From Octopus sinensis (lineage: Eukaryota), in assembly GCF_006345805.1 (NCBI RefSeq), contig NC_043001.1:42346001-42410000 (forward strand): 64,000 nt of DNA. The letters are read 5' to 3'. Positions 1 to 12,500 of the stretch are shown piece after piece. The translations under genes were made by a program, and so were the position numbers. The notes under the pieces were generated by a model. It saw only the letters and a program-made list of their open reading frames with translations, was not told the DNA's origin and made no database searches. The first letter of the stretch is position 1, and the number at the start of each line of letters is the position of its first letter.

Positions 1-480
1 TCAATTCAAATTGTGAATTAATTTGGCAAGAACACGTTTGAAAACACAAAAAATGTTCTGTTAATTTACTGCTAATTACATTCTGCATTATACCACAATA
101 CTTTATGAACAATTTATCATGTGGATGAATTATCATACATTTGCCAGAAAATCCTGTTTTTGAATATACTATATATACTGGTGCTGCAGCTATATTATTA
201 CCATACTTGCCACCTCTGAAGAGCATATGATATTAGTTAACCATGCTGTTATCTAATATAAAGTTATCTGTTACCCAGTATGAAGCCAATTGATATGATC
301 AGCTGAAATGGTTCTACGATACTAGATAGTTCGTTTAATATACTAGTTCTGTATATATTTATAGTGTTTGCGGTAAACTGTGCTATGAATGTATGAAAAT
401 CACTTGTCTATCTGGACTTCTGATGAAGTACCACACAGCAAGATAGATAGAGAGAAAGAGAAAGAGAGGATAAGCCTGGC

Positions 481-506
481 CTATATATATATATATATAT
501 ATATAT
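481..506. repeat. (TA)n microsatellite, one of many (others at about 3026-3062, 4820-4857, 18565-18588, 36190-36440, 36748-36845, 38705-38775, 40300-40365)
   Basis: Perfect dinucleotide runs read directly. Confidence 0.98.
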
Positions 507-1169
507 GCATGCATGCATACATACTTACTCACATAAGTACGTGCATGAAAAATAGACTGTCAAGGACAAGTAAATACCCACCTAGTCATTCACATTTATT
601 GTTTTTATAAAATTGTACTTAGTTTTGTTTTCTTTATGAGGGTGGTAAGAAAGAGATAAATTCATGCTATTATAATAATAGAAATAAGATTCTGCTACTG
701 CAGTTATAAATATCTTGGTAGGTGTCATCTTTGACAATTCTCTCAGAACTTTTAGTGACTTAAAGCCTGCTTTAAACTGAATTGCTTGTTGGGCTATTCT
801 TTCTTACAATTTTGAATTCTAGTAATGGAGTTGTACTATAGGTGTTTCAAACATTTAGTGGAGAGATTACCACTGCTTTCAAGATAACCAATAAAAATAG
901 AGATCCATTTTAAAAAGTAGGTATACTTTTTATAACTGGCAAAAAAAAATACTACACATCTCAAGAATTGATTATTGCTGAGTTATCATTACATGCAGTG
1001 GCTAATATCTATTACCACTGAAGAATTTGGTAACTTACTCATGTCCCTATAACATTTCTTTAACTACGTGTGTCTGAAAGAATATTACTGGTTAACAGTA
1101 TGGCCTGTCTTATTGGTTAAGTCCTAAACAACTGTTTTCCTTTATTTGTATATGAGTATACACACATGC

Positions 1170-1900
1170 ATATCATCATCACCATTGCTACCATAATCAT
1201 AAAATTTTGTTTCACATTCTGCTATGTGTAGGAGTCAGTGTTTGCAAAAAATAAATAAATAGAAAGGATATACATATAATATGATCAATTTGATAGCTAG
1301 ATGCCCTTCCTGTTAGGTGGCACACAAGCATATAGTAGGAGCAAAATCAGTAAGCAAGACAGATGGCTAAGAAGAATTATATATGTCACATTGAAAACAA
1401 AAAATATAACTAATTATTCTAATTCCTGAGTTGCACCTGTTTGGCAAGTGATTCAGTATGAGATTGTGATAGAGGTGTAGCTGTTGTCTATGTGTAGACT
1501 TTTCCATGCTTACATAGATGATATGAAACTTCAGTGAAGTAGATTTTCCTATGGCTTGATGCTCTAATCTCCAACCATAACCTGGTTCCATGCATGCAGG
1601 TATTTCCCCTTGTCTACCAAATAAAGAAAAGCCCAGACATGTCTTTAAGAAGGATTGTAAACAACCTCAACATTTTAAGACCAGTTTACACATCAAGACA
1701 AAAGCAATATAAACTCAGTCATGCACACATCATCATTGTCATCATCAATTTAATGTCAACTTTTTCCAGGCTTGTATGGATTAAACAGAATCTTGTTGAA
1801 GCAGATTTTCTATGGCTAGATGTCCTTCCTGTCACAAACTCTCACCTATTTCCAATTAAGGTAATATTTCCCATGGCCAGACATAAACATGGATATTATT
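1170..1900. mobile_element. Cluster of short decayed RTE 3'-end fragments
   Basis: Motifs ggatgcccttcct, gattttctatggctagatgtccttcct and (CAT)n tails match the 3' end of the RTE at 28814-29000. Confidence 0.6.
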
Positions 1901-2960
1901 TGGCCTTCATTAAGGGTTTCACTTCATTCCATGACCTAGCTATGTTATCCATGGCATCCATTATATGGAACTTCTTCCAGAACACTTTTAAACCATAGGT
2001 TTGTCCTCCCAATCAATTACTTTCATGCATTCTTTGAAAGTCCTTCTCAGATAATATGCCTTGAAGTTAGTTGTCACATCTTGATTAATTGGCTGTACCA
2101 AAAAAGTTGCATTGTTAGGGATATACTCTCACTTTATCGGTTTATACAAACTTACTGGGTAGCTTGGTCTAAAATGAGCAATTCTTTGTTGGAAACATTA
2201 TGTCTGGCACTGTACCTTTCAACAACAAAAGCTGTTTGTAAACCACTCTTCATGCCTTCTTATTGGAATGCTAAATCAGAAGTAAATTAAACTTTGCATA
2301 AACCCTAAAAGCCCTTGTATTTTTAAAGTGAAAAATTAGTAGGTGTTTTAATTTCATATTAACTGAGGTATTTCCTCCCAGAAGTATCGGGCAATTTTTG
2401 GAAATTTTCACTGTGTTGATTTTGCTTCTTGAAAAATAAAAGTTCTAGCAAGCACGAGCTTTCAGTAAAGTGCTGCTTCATCAACACAGTATACTTTCTC
2501 TAATGTGCAACAATTATTTTTTTCCTTTCTCAGCAGTCTCATGATAATTAATAGCAGCCTCTGTATCAGTACCAGCAACTTTATCAGTAGCTTTTATGTT
2601 GTGCAAATTCAAGTGCTTCTTAAACCTTTCAAACTAACCTTTTTAGCAAGAAAAGATTTTTCATCAAAAGTTTCTTGTTTTGCAGTTCGTCATTCAAACT
2701 GTTGGCCTTTTTTTTATTACCATTGTGCTTATTGACACAACCCCAATCCAAATGCACAAGAGCCATTCATTCTTAAGCAATACATTAGATCTATGAAAGA
2801 AAAGGCCTGAAGAGCTAATGGGATAGCTTTTTGAGCACTTGACTTAATGTTCTTTCTATTGTCATATATGTTTCCACTGCAGATATAACAAGCTTTAATG
2901 TTTTGTCAATGTGGCTGATTTTTCTCCCGCATCATGCCATTTAAAACATCAAATTTAATA
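1900..2960 (-). mobile_element. Tigger/pogo-like transposase remnant
   Basis: Minus-strand translation with stops and frameshifts gives RFKKHLNLHNIKA, KVYCVDEAALY, LLGGNTSVNMKLKHLLIFH, LLILDQA, VQPINQDVTTNFKAYYLRRTF (CENP-B/DDE_1 motifs); homologous to 43050-44480. Confidence 0.85.
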
Positions 2961-3024
2961 TCCATGTAATCTTACATTTTGTTTTTGTATGTCTACCTTC
3001 AGTTCCTCTTGAAAGCTTCTTTCC

Positions 3025-3073
<49 letters not shown>

Positions 3074-3299
3074 TAATCCAACAGCAGAAGAAACCAACAA
3101 TTATTCACAACAAATATGCAGTAAAAGAAATAGCACTAAGAAAGAGTTGTTTTGTAAAAGAAAAAAAAAATGTTCTTATTCATGTGGATGTAAGAATGAA
3201 AAAAAAAGATGAAGGTACTGAATGATAACAGTTAGTTGAAAGGTTGGTTCATGGGCACTTTGCCTCTAGCACCTCTGACTTCAATAATAAAAATGCTAC

Positions 3300-3850
3300 A
3301 TTCTAATTACAAAGATACACTAACTAAATTTAGACAGAAGAGTCCTTGGGGTAGACTTTAGGAAAGACAAAAGTGTTACATTATTGTTAGGGAAATAGTT
3401 TTGCAGAAAGAAAATTGGTATAAACTTTGTATGCTGTTTCAGTGTAAGCTATGGACAGATAAGAAATCAAAAGGAATCATAGGTAGGTTGACTGAGAGGG
3501 TAGGTTTTCCAGGTGGAAGACATACTAAGAGTACATCAGAAATGAACTCCATTAAATGTACAGCTGGTTCACTAGAAGTAGTCAATAGCTTCTGTTACCT
3601 AGATGACATAATTAGCTGGGTTTGTATTTGTCCAGAATGTTTTGCAGTCAAAGTATGAATGGGTTGGAAAAAGTTCAGGAAGCTATTAAATCTGCTGACA
3701 ATAAAGGATTTACTCGTCAAGTGAAGGGTAGCTTGTATGAACCTTGTGTTAGAAGTTGAATTGTAGCAAGACATAGTCCTTGAATGCAGAAGGCTTGCAG
3801 AGTTTAGAAAGAAATGAAACCAGCATATTGCAAAGGCTGTGTAATATTAG
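3300..3850 (+). mobile_element. Old RTE LINE fragment (post-RT region)
   Basis: CKLWTDKK and LEVVNSFCYLDD align with CKLWTHKRC and LEVGDSFRYLGD of the RTE ORF at 29395-30738. Confidence 0.8.
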
Positions 3851-3879
3851 TGTCTATGTATATATATATACGAGAGTTT

Positions 3880-4060
3880 ACGAAAAAAACAAAAGATGAA
3901 GACAGGTGGTGTACAAAACAAACAGATATATTAATATAACACTCAGGAATAGAAAAAGTCTTTTATGTTTCGAGCCTACTCTCTTCTACAGAAAGGGACA
4001 CAGAAAAAACAAGGAGAGAAAAAAATGTGTGTAGTGGCTAACGATCTATCATGGCGACCA
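3880..4060 (-). mobile_element. Penelope-like short repeat carrying a degenerate minimal hammerhead motif
   Basis: Minus strand 4000-3957 reads gtccctttCTGTAGAagagagtaggctcGAAACATAaaagac, resembling CUGAnGA-stemII-GAAAC-GUH. Confidence 0.4.
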
Positions 4061-4570
4061 TCCTCATCTGTTTAATGTGTACTACCAGAGTATCACATAC
4101 AGTGTTGGAGTGCAACAAGAGTACCATGGGCATGACATCATCACGGATGTACATAGCCACTCTTCCATGAGACCTTTCTCGTCTTTCGGTTCATAGCACA
4201 GCATATCCTGGTATGTGTATCTCGGCATCCGATACATTCACATTTAGGTGTGTTTCTGTTAGTGACATGCATATTGCTTGATTACATGTCACAAGGTCTC
4301 TTAGGTATTGCATTTTTTGTTGGTGGAGTGTTATAAGGTCCCTGATGTTCAGAGAGAGTATTGGCATGAGTAGCAGGGAGTCGGTGGTGTCCATGAGTCT
4401 GGCATGCATGGAGGGGTCAGGGGTGGCCACACCGGTTCCTTTGTTGTTTGAGGTGGACGTGGGTATTGGTATGTGCCTTGCATGTTGGGTGCCTGGCGAA
4501 GCTAGGTCAGCTGTTCCACAATTTTCTGCACAATTTCCAAAAAAGCCCGCTTTTCACTTTTTTTAGGAAA
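4060..4570 (-). mobile_element. CR1/L2-group LINE fragment: N-terminal part of the APE endonuclease plus upstream sequence
   Basis: LSLNIRDL, CMSLTETHL, AEIHIPGYAVL, then HGRVAMYIRDD after a stop: APE motifs. Confidence 0.8.
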
Positions 4571-4818
4571 AGATTGTCAAAAGTAAAATGTAAAGCTTTG
4601 TTGTGTTAAGTACTGGTAGTCACAAAAGTATTAAAATACATATATAAATTATTTGATAATAATAAGAAAATGTTAAAAACAGTTTACAAGAAAATATTTG
4701 AGAAAATATTTAACTAAAAGTATTAAGAGTTCAATAAAAATCAGGTTTGTTATTAGTATCTATATACATACACAGAAAAAAGTATTAGGAGTTCAATAAA
4801 AATCATGTTTGTTTGGTA

Positions 4819-4862
<44 letters not shown>

Positions 4863-5084
4863 GAGATATATTTAAGAGTTTACAAAGAATTTGGGATGAA
4901 CTAACCTGTTTTCCTAGCATTTTAATCGTATCTGTAGCTAAGGATTGTTGGCTATTTTAAGCGACAGTGTGGGAGGTTGGTTGGGGTGGGGGAAGGAAGA
5001 GTAATGTGGAATTGCAAGGATTTTTTTTGTTTCTGGGCTAGTCTGCCATGGTTCAGTGGTTTTTGAGACTGGTCTTAGAGGTCA

Positions 5085-5680
5085 GAATGGTGTGAGAGTG
5101 TGTCTGTGTATGTTTCTGTGAGTGTGTGTGTCTCTGTGTACATCTCTATGAGTGTGTGTGTATATATGTGCACGTTTGTGTGTGTATGCGTGCATCTGTG
5201 GGTGCGTGTGTATGTTTGTGTATGTTTTGTGTTGGTGGGATGTTATGTGTGTACATGAGTGTGTGTGTACGTGAGTGTGTGTGTACGTGAGTGTGTGTGT
5301 ACGTGAGTGTGTGTGTATGGGAGTGTGTGTGTACGTGAGTGTGTGTGTACGTGAGTGTGTGTGTACATGAGAGTGTGTGTACATGAGAGTGTGTGTACAT
5401 GAGAGTGTGTGTACATGAGAGTGTGTACATGAGTGCGTGTGTGTGTGTGTGTGTCTCTCTCTCTGAGTATGTTTGTGTTGTTATAATTGTCCTGGTGGTG
5501 GTGTGTGTGCATATGTTTGTGTGCATGTGTGTATCTCTGTATGTGTGCATGTATGTTTGTGTGTTTTGTGTTGGTGGGGATGTTATGTGTGTGTACGTGA
5601 GTGTATGCGTGTGTCTCTGTCTGAGTATGTTTGTGTTGTTTTAATTGTCCTTGTGGTGTGTGTGTATGTTTGTGTGTTTT
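5085..5680. repeat. Compound (TG)-rich minisatellite with 12-14 bp units (gtacgtgagtgtgt, gtacatgagagt) and internal ~55-60 bp duplications
   Basis: Direct reading; the blocks gttttgtgttggtgggatgttatgtg and ctgagtatgtttgtgttgtt each occur twice. Confidence 0.95.
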
Positions 5681-6325
5681 AAGGGGAATGGTGACCAGGG
5701 ATGCAAAATGGATCATCTATAACAATGTAAAGTGCAAACAGTCATGGGAGAAGCACAGCAAACCACCACAAATAACCTCCAAAATAGGACTTCACCCAAA
5801 GAAGATAATGCTTTCAATTTGATAGAATCAGAAAGATATTGTTTTATTGAAGCTTCTTCTCATGGACAGGACCATCAATTTGGATGTGTACTGCGACCAG
5901 CTGAACAAATTAAACGACAATCCACCAGAAGTATCCAGCACTTGCTAATTGTAAGGGCATTGTCTTCATCACAGCAATGACAAATTGTGCACTTCTTTAT
6001 AAACGTTGGCTGGGAAGTATTGCAATGCCCTCCATATTCACTTGACCTTGCACCTTCAAATTTTCACTTGTTTCAGTCTCTTCAAAATTCATTAAATGAA
6101 CAGAACTTCAACTCTAAAGAAGATACAAAAATTCACCTAAAAGAGTTTTTCACCAGTAAAGACAGGAAATTCTTTGAGCAGGGAATAATTGATCTGCCTA
6201 AAAGCTGGCAGAAGATACTAGGATGAAACAGTGATTATATCATTGACTGAATAGATCATTTTGTTTAAAAAATTTGTCTTATTTCCACTTAAAAAACACT
6301 TAACAGATTTTGTGACCAGCCCAAT
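5680..6325 (+). mobile_element. Mariner (DD34D) transposon, 3' half with right TIR
   Basis: TRDAKWIIYNN, HPKKIMLSI, PPYSLDLAPSNFHLFQSLQN, FFEQGIIDLPKSWQK; TIR-like end ...tgaccagcccaata followed by TA. Confidence 0.9.
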
Positions 6326-6559
6326 ATATGCACACACACACACATACACACAGTCTTGTACTTATGTCCAAATATAACCAATGTATAAATATTTGTGGGC
6401 ATGCATACACATGTCCAGAGGCACACAAACTTAATACTAACCCACAAACAGATCTCTTTTGTACTAACTAATATTTTGTATTTCTTTTGCTGTTTCACCA
6501 ATAAGCAATATCTCAGGAAATAATATTTGTAAAGTATCTAGCTGGATTTGCATAAGAGA

Positions 6560-6793
6560 CAGGGCTGGCTCAAAGTACTGGCAACTTGGGCCATCGCCTG
6601 GAGCACTATGTGCTAGGGAGCACTATGTGCTAGGGAGCACTATGTGCTAGGGAGCACTATGTGCTAGGGAGCACCAAGGAGGGTGTGACAAAGACAAAGA
6701 AATTTCCATGACCGTTAGCTCGTACACACCAAAGTTCAGCTTGCTCAGGGCACCAGCAACCCCACGGCACCAGCAACCCCAGGGCCAGCCCTG
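6560..6793. mobile_element. hAT-type MITE containing a 17-bp minisatellite
   Basis: Perfect 10-bp TIRs CAGGGCTGGC...GCCAGCCCTG; flanks ataagaga/acagggga (5 of 8 match, possible decayed TSD); gagcactatgtgctagg x4 at 6601-6668. Confidence 0.7.
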
Positions 6794-7249
6794 ACAGGGG
6801 ACACATAATTTTTTTCATATGGATAATTTAAAGTATATTTCTTTTTTAGCTAGAGTTATTCTCTTCTTAATTAGATTAATCCATTTGCAACTTAGTTATT
6901 GCAAAGTATACAAATCATTAAATCTGAAGTGATAAAAAGAAAAAAAATTTCATATTGTTTCACACATTAACCCTACTTATAATTTTCTTTTACAATTCAG
7001 ATTCCTTAAAAATTCTAATTTTATAAAATATTATATAAATATAGTAGTAAATTCACGTTTTGGATAGGCAAAAATTACTCTTTGGAGGTAGATTTACCCC
7101 AGTTTGGAAACCCTGTCCTAAACAGACATGAAGAAAACAGAATTTAGGACAAATGCCACAACACACACAGGCAATATCATAGTACAATTTTCTAAGACCT
7201 GTAAGAAAACTATAAAACAAATCCAATAATAACAATAGCAATAATAATG

Positions 7250-7410
7250 CTTTCTAATATAGGTACAAAGCATGAAATTAATGGGGAGGGGTTAATATGA
7301 TTAGATCAACTCCAGTGTTCAACTGGTACTTATTTTATTGACCAAAAAATGATGAAAGGAAAAGTGGATCTCAGTGGAATTTGAACCCATAACGTAAAGA
7401 CTTACAAGAA
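7250..7410 (-). mobile_element. SINE with Deu/Nin-type central domain
   Basis: Reverse complement contains tttcatcattttttggtcaataaaataagtaccagttgaacactggag; same family as 14255, 23795, 52330, 52565 and 62301. Confidence 0.75.
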
Positions 7411-7419
7411 TACTAAAAA

Positions 7420-7630
7420 CGAACCCAACCACTCTCAAAAATTAAGTAAAAAAACTGGAAAAATAATCCAGAATCCTTGTCCACAATCCCAAAATCTAAT
7501 CAGTTCATGCCAGTCATGAGAGTTTCATCCGAATCCATCTAGCAGTTCTTGAGATATCTTATCCATGGGCAAACAAACAAATAAACACGACTGAAAACAA
7601 TACCTCCACCTTCGCTAAGGTGGAGGTAAT
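7420..7630 (+). mobile_element. HINE/DINE-like (Helentron-derived) non-autonomous element end
   Basis: (caaa)n tract, then a perfect 12-bp hairpin tacctccacctt-cgct-aaggtggaggta (7601-7628), then (AAT)n. Confidence 0.6.
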
Positions 7631-7669
7631 AATAATAATGGCAGTCTGTCTCGTCCAAGGAAGACAGTC

Positions 7670-7885
7670 CAGCAATTTCTTACTGAACAAACTGCGCAGA
7701 TGATATATTTGTAGAGGTCAAATGAGTTCACTCCATCAATCAAATTAGATATCGAAGTGATTGTAGAGCAACACAAGATGAAGTTTTTTGCTCCAGAACA
7801 CAATGCACTGCCCAGTCCAGGAATCAAACCCAAGATTTTGTGATCATGAGAGTAACACCCTAACTGCAAGGCCATGTACCCTCAC
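7670..7885 (-). mobile_element. tRNA-derived CORE-type SINE
   Basis: A-box-like tggccttgcagttagg, B-box-like gggtttgattcc, CORE-like ttgtgttctggagcaaaaaacttcat; homologous to 36870-37110. Confidence 0.75.
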
Positions 7886-9029
7886 AAAATAAAACTAATA
7901 TTGTTTAAATCAATAAAGTGAAAGCTGAGAAGTGTTATATAGGACTGTTTGTTACAAAGTCATTCTTCCTTTTTAAAATTAATTACTAGTTCTTATGTTT
8001 TTCATACTAGAAGAGAGGATATTGTTAAAAGATAAAGCAAGACATGTGAAATGGCATTACAGGTAGTAACTTGATTGGAGCAACAACAGAAAAATTACTA
8101 GATAATATATTTAACAAACCAGAATTAGCAATTGGATATTCAAAAATGATTGCATTATAACAGCTATAGAAATATAATTGAATTATTTATAGTCAAAATA
8201 GAATTCACTGATTAGTATTAGCATTGGTGTTTGTGTGTTGCAGAAGGCCTAATAAACTATGAGGCATTGCAGCTTGTCCTGGAACAAAGTACTCTTGATT
8301 TTTTACTTCTGTTTACATAACTGCAAATTATGTATCAAATATAGGCTAACTCTAATGACAGGATGTTTTTACAAACTAAATAATTGGGAATATTTAGATA
8401 TCATATACCTAACTCAAATATTAATTTATCTCCAAAATACAAAGCTATTTTCACAAGACTTGACAGAGCTTGATGTATTGATGAACAGTCAACAGTCAAC
8501 ACAAAGATTAAAGAAAACTACAACTTGTTTGAGTACTACTGGAAAGATTAATAGCAAAAAGGAATATCAGTAGAATTTGAACTCAAAAGTTAGTAGTCAT
8601 CAAATCATCTAAAAAAATTGTCTTGCTAATTTTCCATCAACAGCTTAATAAAAATTATGCTAATTTAACAGCTACATAATCCCTATGTATATTTTTATTA
8701 ATATTTCATTACTTTAGTAGTAACTTAGCAGTATACTATAAGTTATTTTTTTAACCAGCTGAAGTCTACAATTGACATTCCACTTTTACCATCTGTCAAA
8801 AATTAATAAGCCCTGCCTGTGTAAGTATCCTGAAATATTACATTTTAACTGACTCATGCTCTTAGCTTGTGGTGATATAACTTTCATGGTGACGATGGTG
8901 GTAATTATACTACTTTATATAAATATGTCCATAAAAATTTACCCTGACACAATAAATACAAAAACACACAGCATTTGACTTTGTTCAGCACATAATTATA
9001 TTTTGCTAAGGCAAATAGAAAATTTCATA

Positions 9030-9250
9030 TCACCATTTAACAACTATGTTCCATGCTGGCATGGATTCAACAGTTTAACACGAATCGACAGGTCCTGCAT
9101 CATGCTCCAATGTCTGCTTGGCAGTGTTTCTATGTCTGGATACCCTTCTTAATGCCAACCACTTTACAGATGTGCAGGAGTGCTTTTTTGAGATACTAAC
9201 ATTAAGACTACAATAGAGAAGGAGGCAATTTTATGCAAAGGGATTAGAGG
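9030..9250 (-). mobile_element. RTE 3' region, left part of the element interrupted by the Gypsy
   Basis: ccatgctggcatgg and ggatacccttcttaatgccaaccac; continues at 13826-14240. Confidence 0.75.
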
Positions 9251-9551
9251 TGTTGTAGCGAGAGTACGACACCCTCTGACAAGAATAAATGGGACCACTA
9301 CATATAACTAGTATCGGTCTGATGTAGTTGGCAGTTCATAGTTTGGTCTTTGAAATCCAGGTACAGTTTACAATTTGAGTTAGTGTGTTGAAAATATTAA
9401 TTGTTGGTTCGTAAAAGATTGTTGGTTCATTGCGTGTTTGTTACTGTCACTGTTTCTATTTTATACTGTTATAACTCTGTTATAGTGTATCCTTTAGCTA
9501 TCATCGACAATATCAACCATACTATGATATTGGAGGCGTAAGGATATAACA
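9251..9551 (+). repeat. 5' LTR of the Gypsy element
   Basis: TGTTGT...AACA termini; aligns with 13549-13825 at roughly 80% by eye over the first ~135 bp. Confidence 0.92.
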
Positions 9552-12500
9552 TCTGGCGATGAAAATTATTTGAAGCTCAGGTAGGTTATTTGACAACTTG
9601 TGCGTTATAAAAATTGTTAAATTATGGAGAACCTATTAGCTGCAGTTATACAGCTTCAAGAGAAGTAACAGAAATAACTACAGGAGTTGCAGAAGCAAGT
9701 ATAACCACAACAATTAAGTAAGTTACAGTCAAAGAAGTCCGAAAATTTGGTAAATTTGTTTACACTAGACAGCGTGGCAAACTAAATCTCTGAATTCACT
9801 TATAATCCAGAAGAGGATATTACATTTCCTGCATACTATAGAAGGTACGAGGAAATTTTTAACAAAGATTGCAAGTCATGGTCAGATGAGGAGAAAGTGA
9901 GGCTATTACTATGCAAGGTAACTCTGGCCGAGCATGAACACTACTGTAACTTTATATTACCTAAAAACTTGAGTGAGATTTGTTTCCAAGAAACTACTGA
10001 ATTGCACTCAAAGATTTTTTGTGACAAAAGTTCGTTATTTAACACTCGAATGGAATGTTGCAACTTAACAAAAAGTGACGATGACTTTATTACATACAAC
10101 AGAGTAGTCAACCATAGATGTGGAAACTTTAAACTTCAGAAACTCACTCAGGCTATGTTTAAATCCCTTATCTTCATACAAGGTCTTACAGCAACCAAAG
10201 ATAGAGAAATTCGGGAAAGGATTCTCTCAAAGATGGAGCAAGTGAACCAAGACTTAACCCTACAGACCATTACAGAAGAATGTCAAACAATGGTAAACCT
10301 GAAGTACGATGTGAAAAAATTTTAAGAGAAAGATGCCATAAAAATACAGATGTGTCAACCCGGAAAGTACAACCAAAAAAGAGTGCGAGGCCTGAATCCA
10401 TGTTACAGATGTGGAGGCCTACACTTCAGAAAAAAGTGTCCATTTAAAAACCAAAAATGCTATAGTTGTCAGAAACTTGGTTACAAGAGCTCACACTGCA
10501 TGACAAGATTATGAAGGTTGAACGCAAAAAGTTCTAAGGTGTTTTCAGCAGAAAGTGAATATGACACAAAAACAAGAAAATTTGTACACATAAAAATGGT
10601 GTAAACATTAAACTGCAGTTGGACATGAGCAGTAATATCTCAATCATAAATGCAGATACATGGAGAAAAATTAGGAAGGCAAGGGTATGTAAAACAGTGA
10701 AAATTGCGCATAGCATGATGGGCGAAATGTGGACAGACATCACTTTTCTAGGAGAAACATATAAAGCAAAAATATTCATTGTGGAGAATACAATAACCTG
10801 TTTGGTACAGATTGGTTGGAGTTATTTGACTTATGGCACCTCCCATTAAGTCTCTACTGCAAAAACATAAATGATTGTCCTGTCAAAAATAAATCATCTG
10901 AGGAATTGAAGAGAAAATTGAAAAAGATGTTTCCTCAAGTATTATCGGAGGACTTAGGTATATGTAAAAAGACTGAAGCCCTGCTAACACTATGCCTGTA
11001 TTTAAATCTAACAGAAACAAACCATTCATGGCAATTGAAATCATAAATCAAGAGATGGACAGACTGGAAAAGCAGCAGAATCATCAAAAAGTTGGATTAT
11101 ACTAAGTGGGCGGTGCCCATAGTGTGCATTAAAAAGAAAAATAAGATTAAGCTGTGTGCCAATTTTTCTACAGGATTGAACAACTGGTTAAAGACATTCC
11201 ACCATCCACTCTCAACTCCAGAGGACATTTTTGTAAAATTAAATGATGGAAAAATTTTCTCCAAATTGGATTTGTCTGACGCTTATTTACAGATTAAAGT
11301 AAATGACAAATTCTCAAAGTATCTGACAATGAATACACATAGAGGATTGTACAGATATACTGAGTTACCTTTTGGATTAAAGGTTGCACCGGCAATATTT
11401 CAGCAAATCATGGATGATATGTTATCTGATTGTGAACTTGCAATCCCTTATTTATACAATATATTAATTGAGAGTAATTCACATGAACAGCATGTGGAGA
11501 ATATAAAAACAGTGTTCAAGAAAATTAAAGAGTACAGGTTCACTTTGAGTGAAGAAAAATGTGAATTCTTTTTGCCTCAAATTAAGTACTTAGGGCAAAT
11601 AATTGATAAAAATGGTAGATGGCCTGACCCATAGAGGGCAGATGCAATAAAGAATATGCCTACTACAACAAATATATCAACATTACAAGCATTTCTTGGG
11701 CTGACAAACTACTACCAAAACTACATTCCTAACATGTACAAATTAAGAGTTCCATTGAATGACTTATTAAAAAAGGAAGTAAAGTGGAATTGGTCAGTTA
11801 AATGCCAAAACACATTTGAAGAAATAAAAAAACTTTTAATTGCAGAATTGTCTTTAGTACATTTCGATCCTGAAATGGACATTGTTGTAGCATCTAATGC
11901 TTCAGAGTATGGATTAGGAGCAGTTTTGCTACACAAGTATAAGATGGTAGTACAAAACCAGTGATTCAGGTTTTATGCTTGCTGATAACAGCAGAGAAAA
12001 AATACAGTCAGATAGAAAAAGAAGCCCTATTGATTATCTTCACTGTACAAAAATTTCACATGGTAGAAATTTTCTGTTACAAACAGATCATTGACCATTG
12101 CTATCAATTTATGGGTCAAAGAAAGGGTTACCTACCTATACAGCGAACTGACTACAATATTGGGGTATAATATTACTAAATTACAATTTCAAAATGCAGT
12201 ATATTGGTCATACATACTGTCTATTGAGGCTAATTCCCAAAAATATGGAACCACTAGAAGATACCATGATAGTCACATTGCAGGCAGAAAATGAAATAAA
12301 ATGTATTATGACTAATGTTATCCAAGAACTGCCAGTGACTGCACAGGATATAAGAGTGAAATCTGTAGGCGATGAGCATATTACAAAAATGAAAGAAGCT
12401 TTAAAAAATAAGCTGAAAAAAAAAACAAATTCGAGTAGTCTCTTAATATACGATGATATTCTGATGTATGCACAAAGAGTTGTAGTACTGACTACATTAC

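Noticed and set aside
205-270. CTGAAGAG as a hammerhead core
   Set aside because: No downstream GAAA or cleavage triplet
5082-5716. His/Thr-rich and Val/Cys-rich ORFs up to 157 aa
   Set aside because: Translations of (CA/TG)n minisatellite; no splice or domain support
6601-6675. 17-bp direct repeats as a CRISPR-like array
   Set aside because: Head-to-tail with no spacers; eukaryotic MITE context
8011-8290. Possible small plus-strand exons (EERILLKDKARHVKWHY; EGLINYEALQLVLEQ)
   Set aside because: Weak donors, incompatible phases and no recognisable homology
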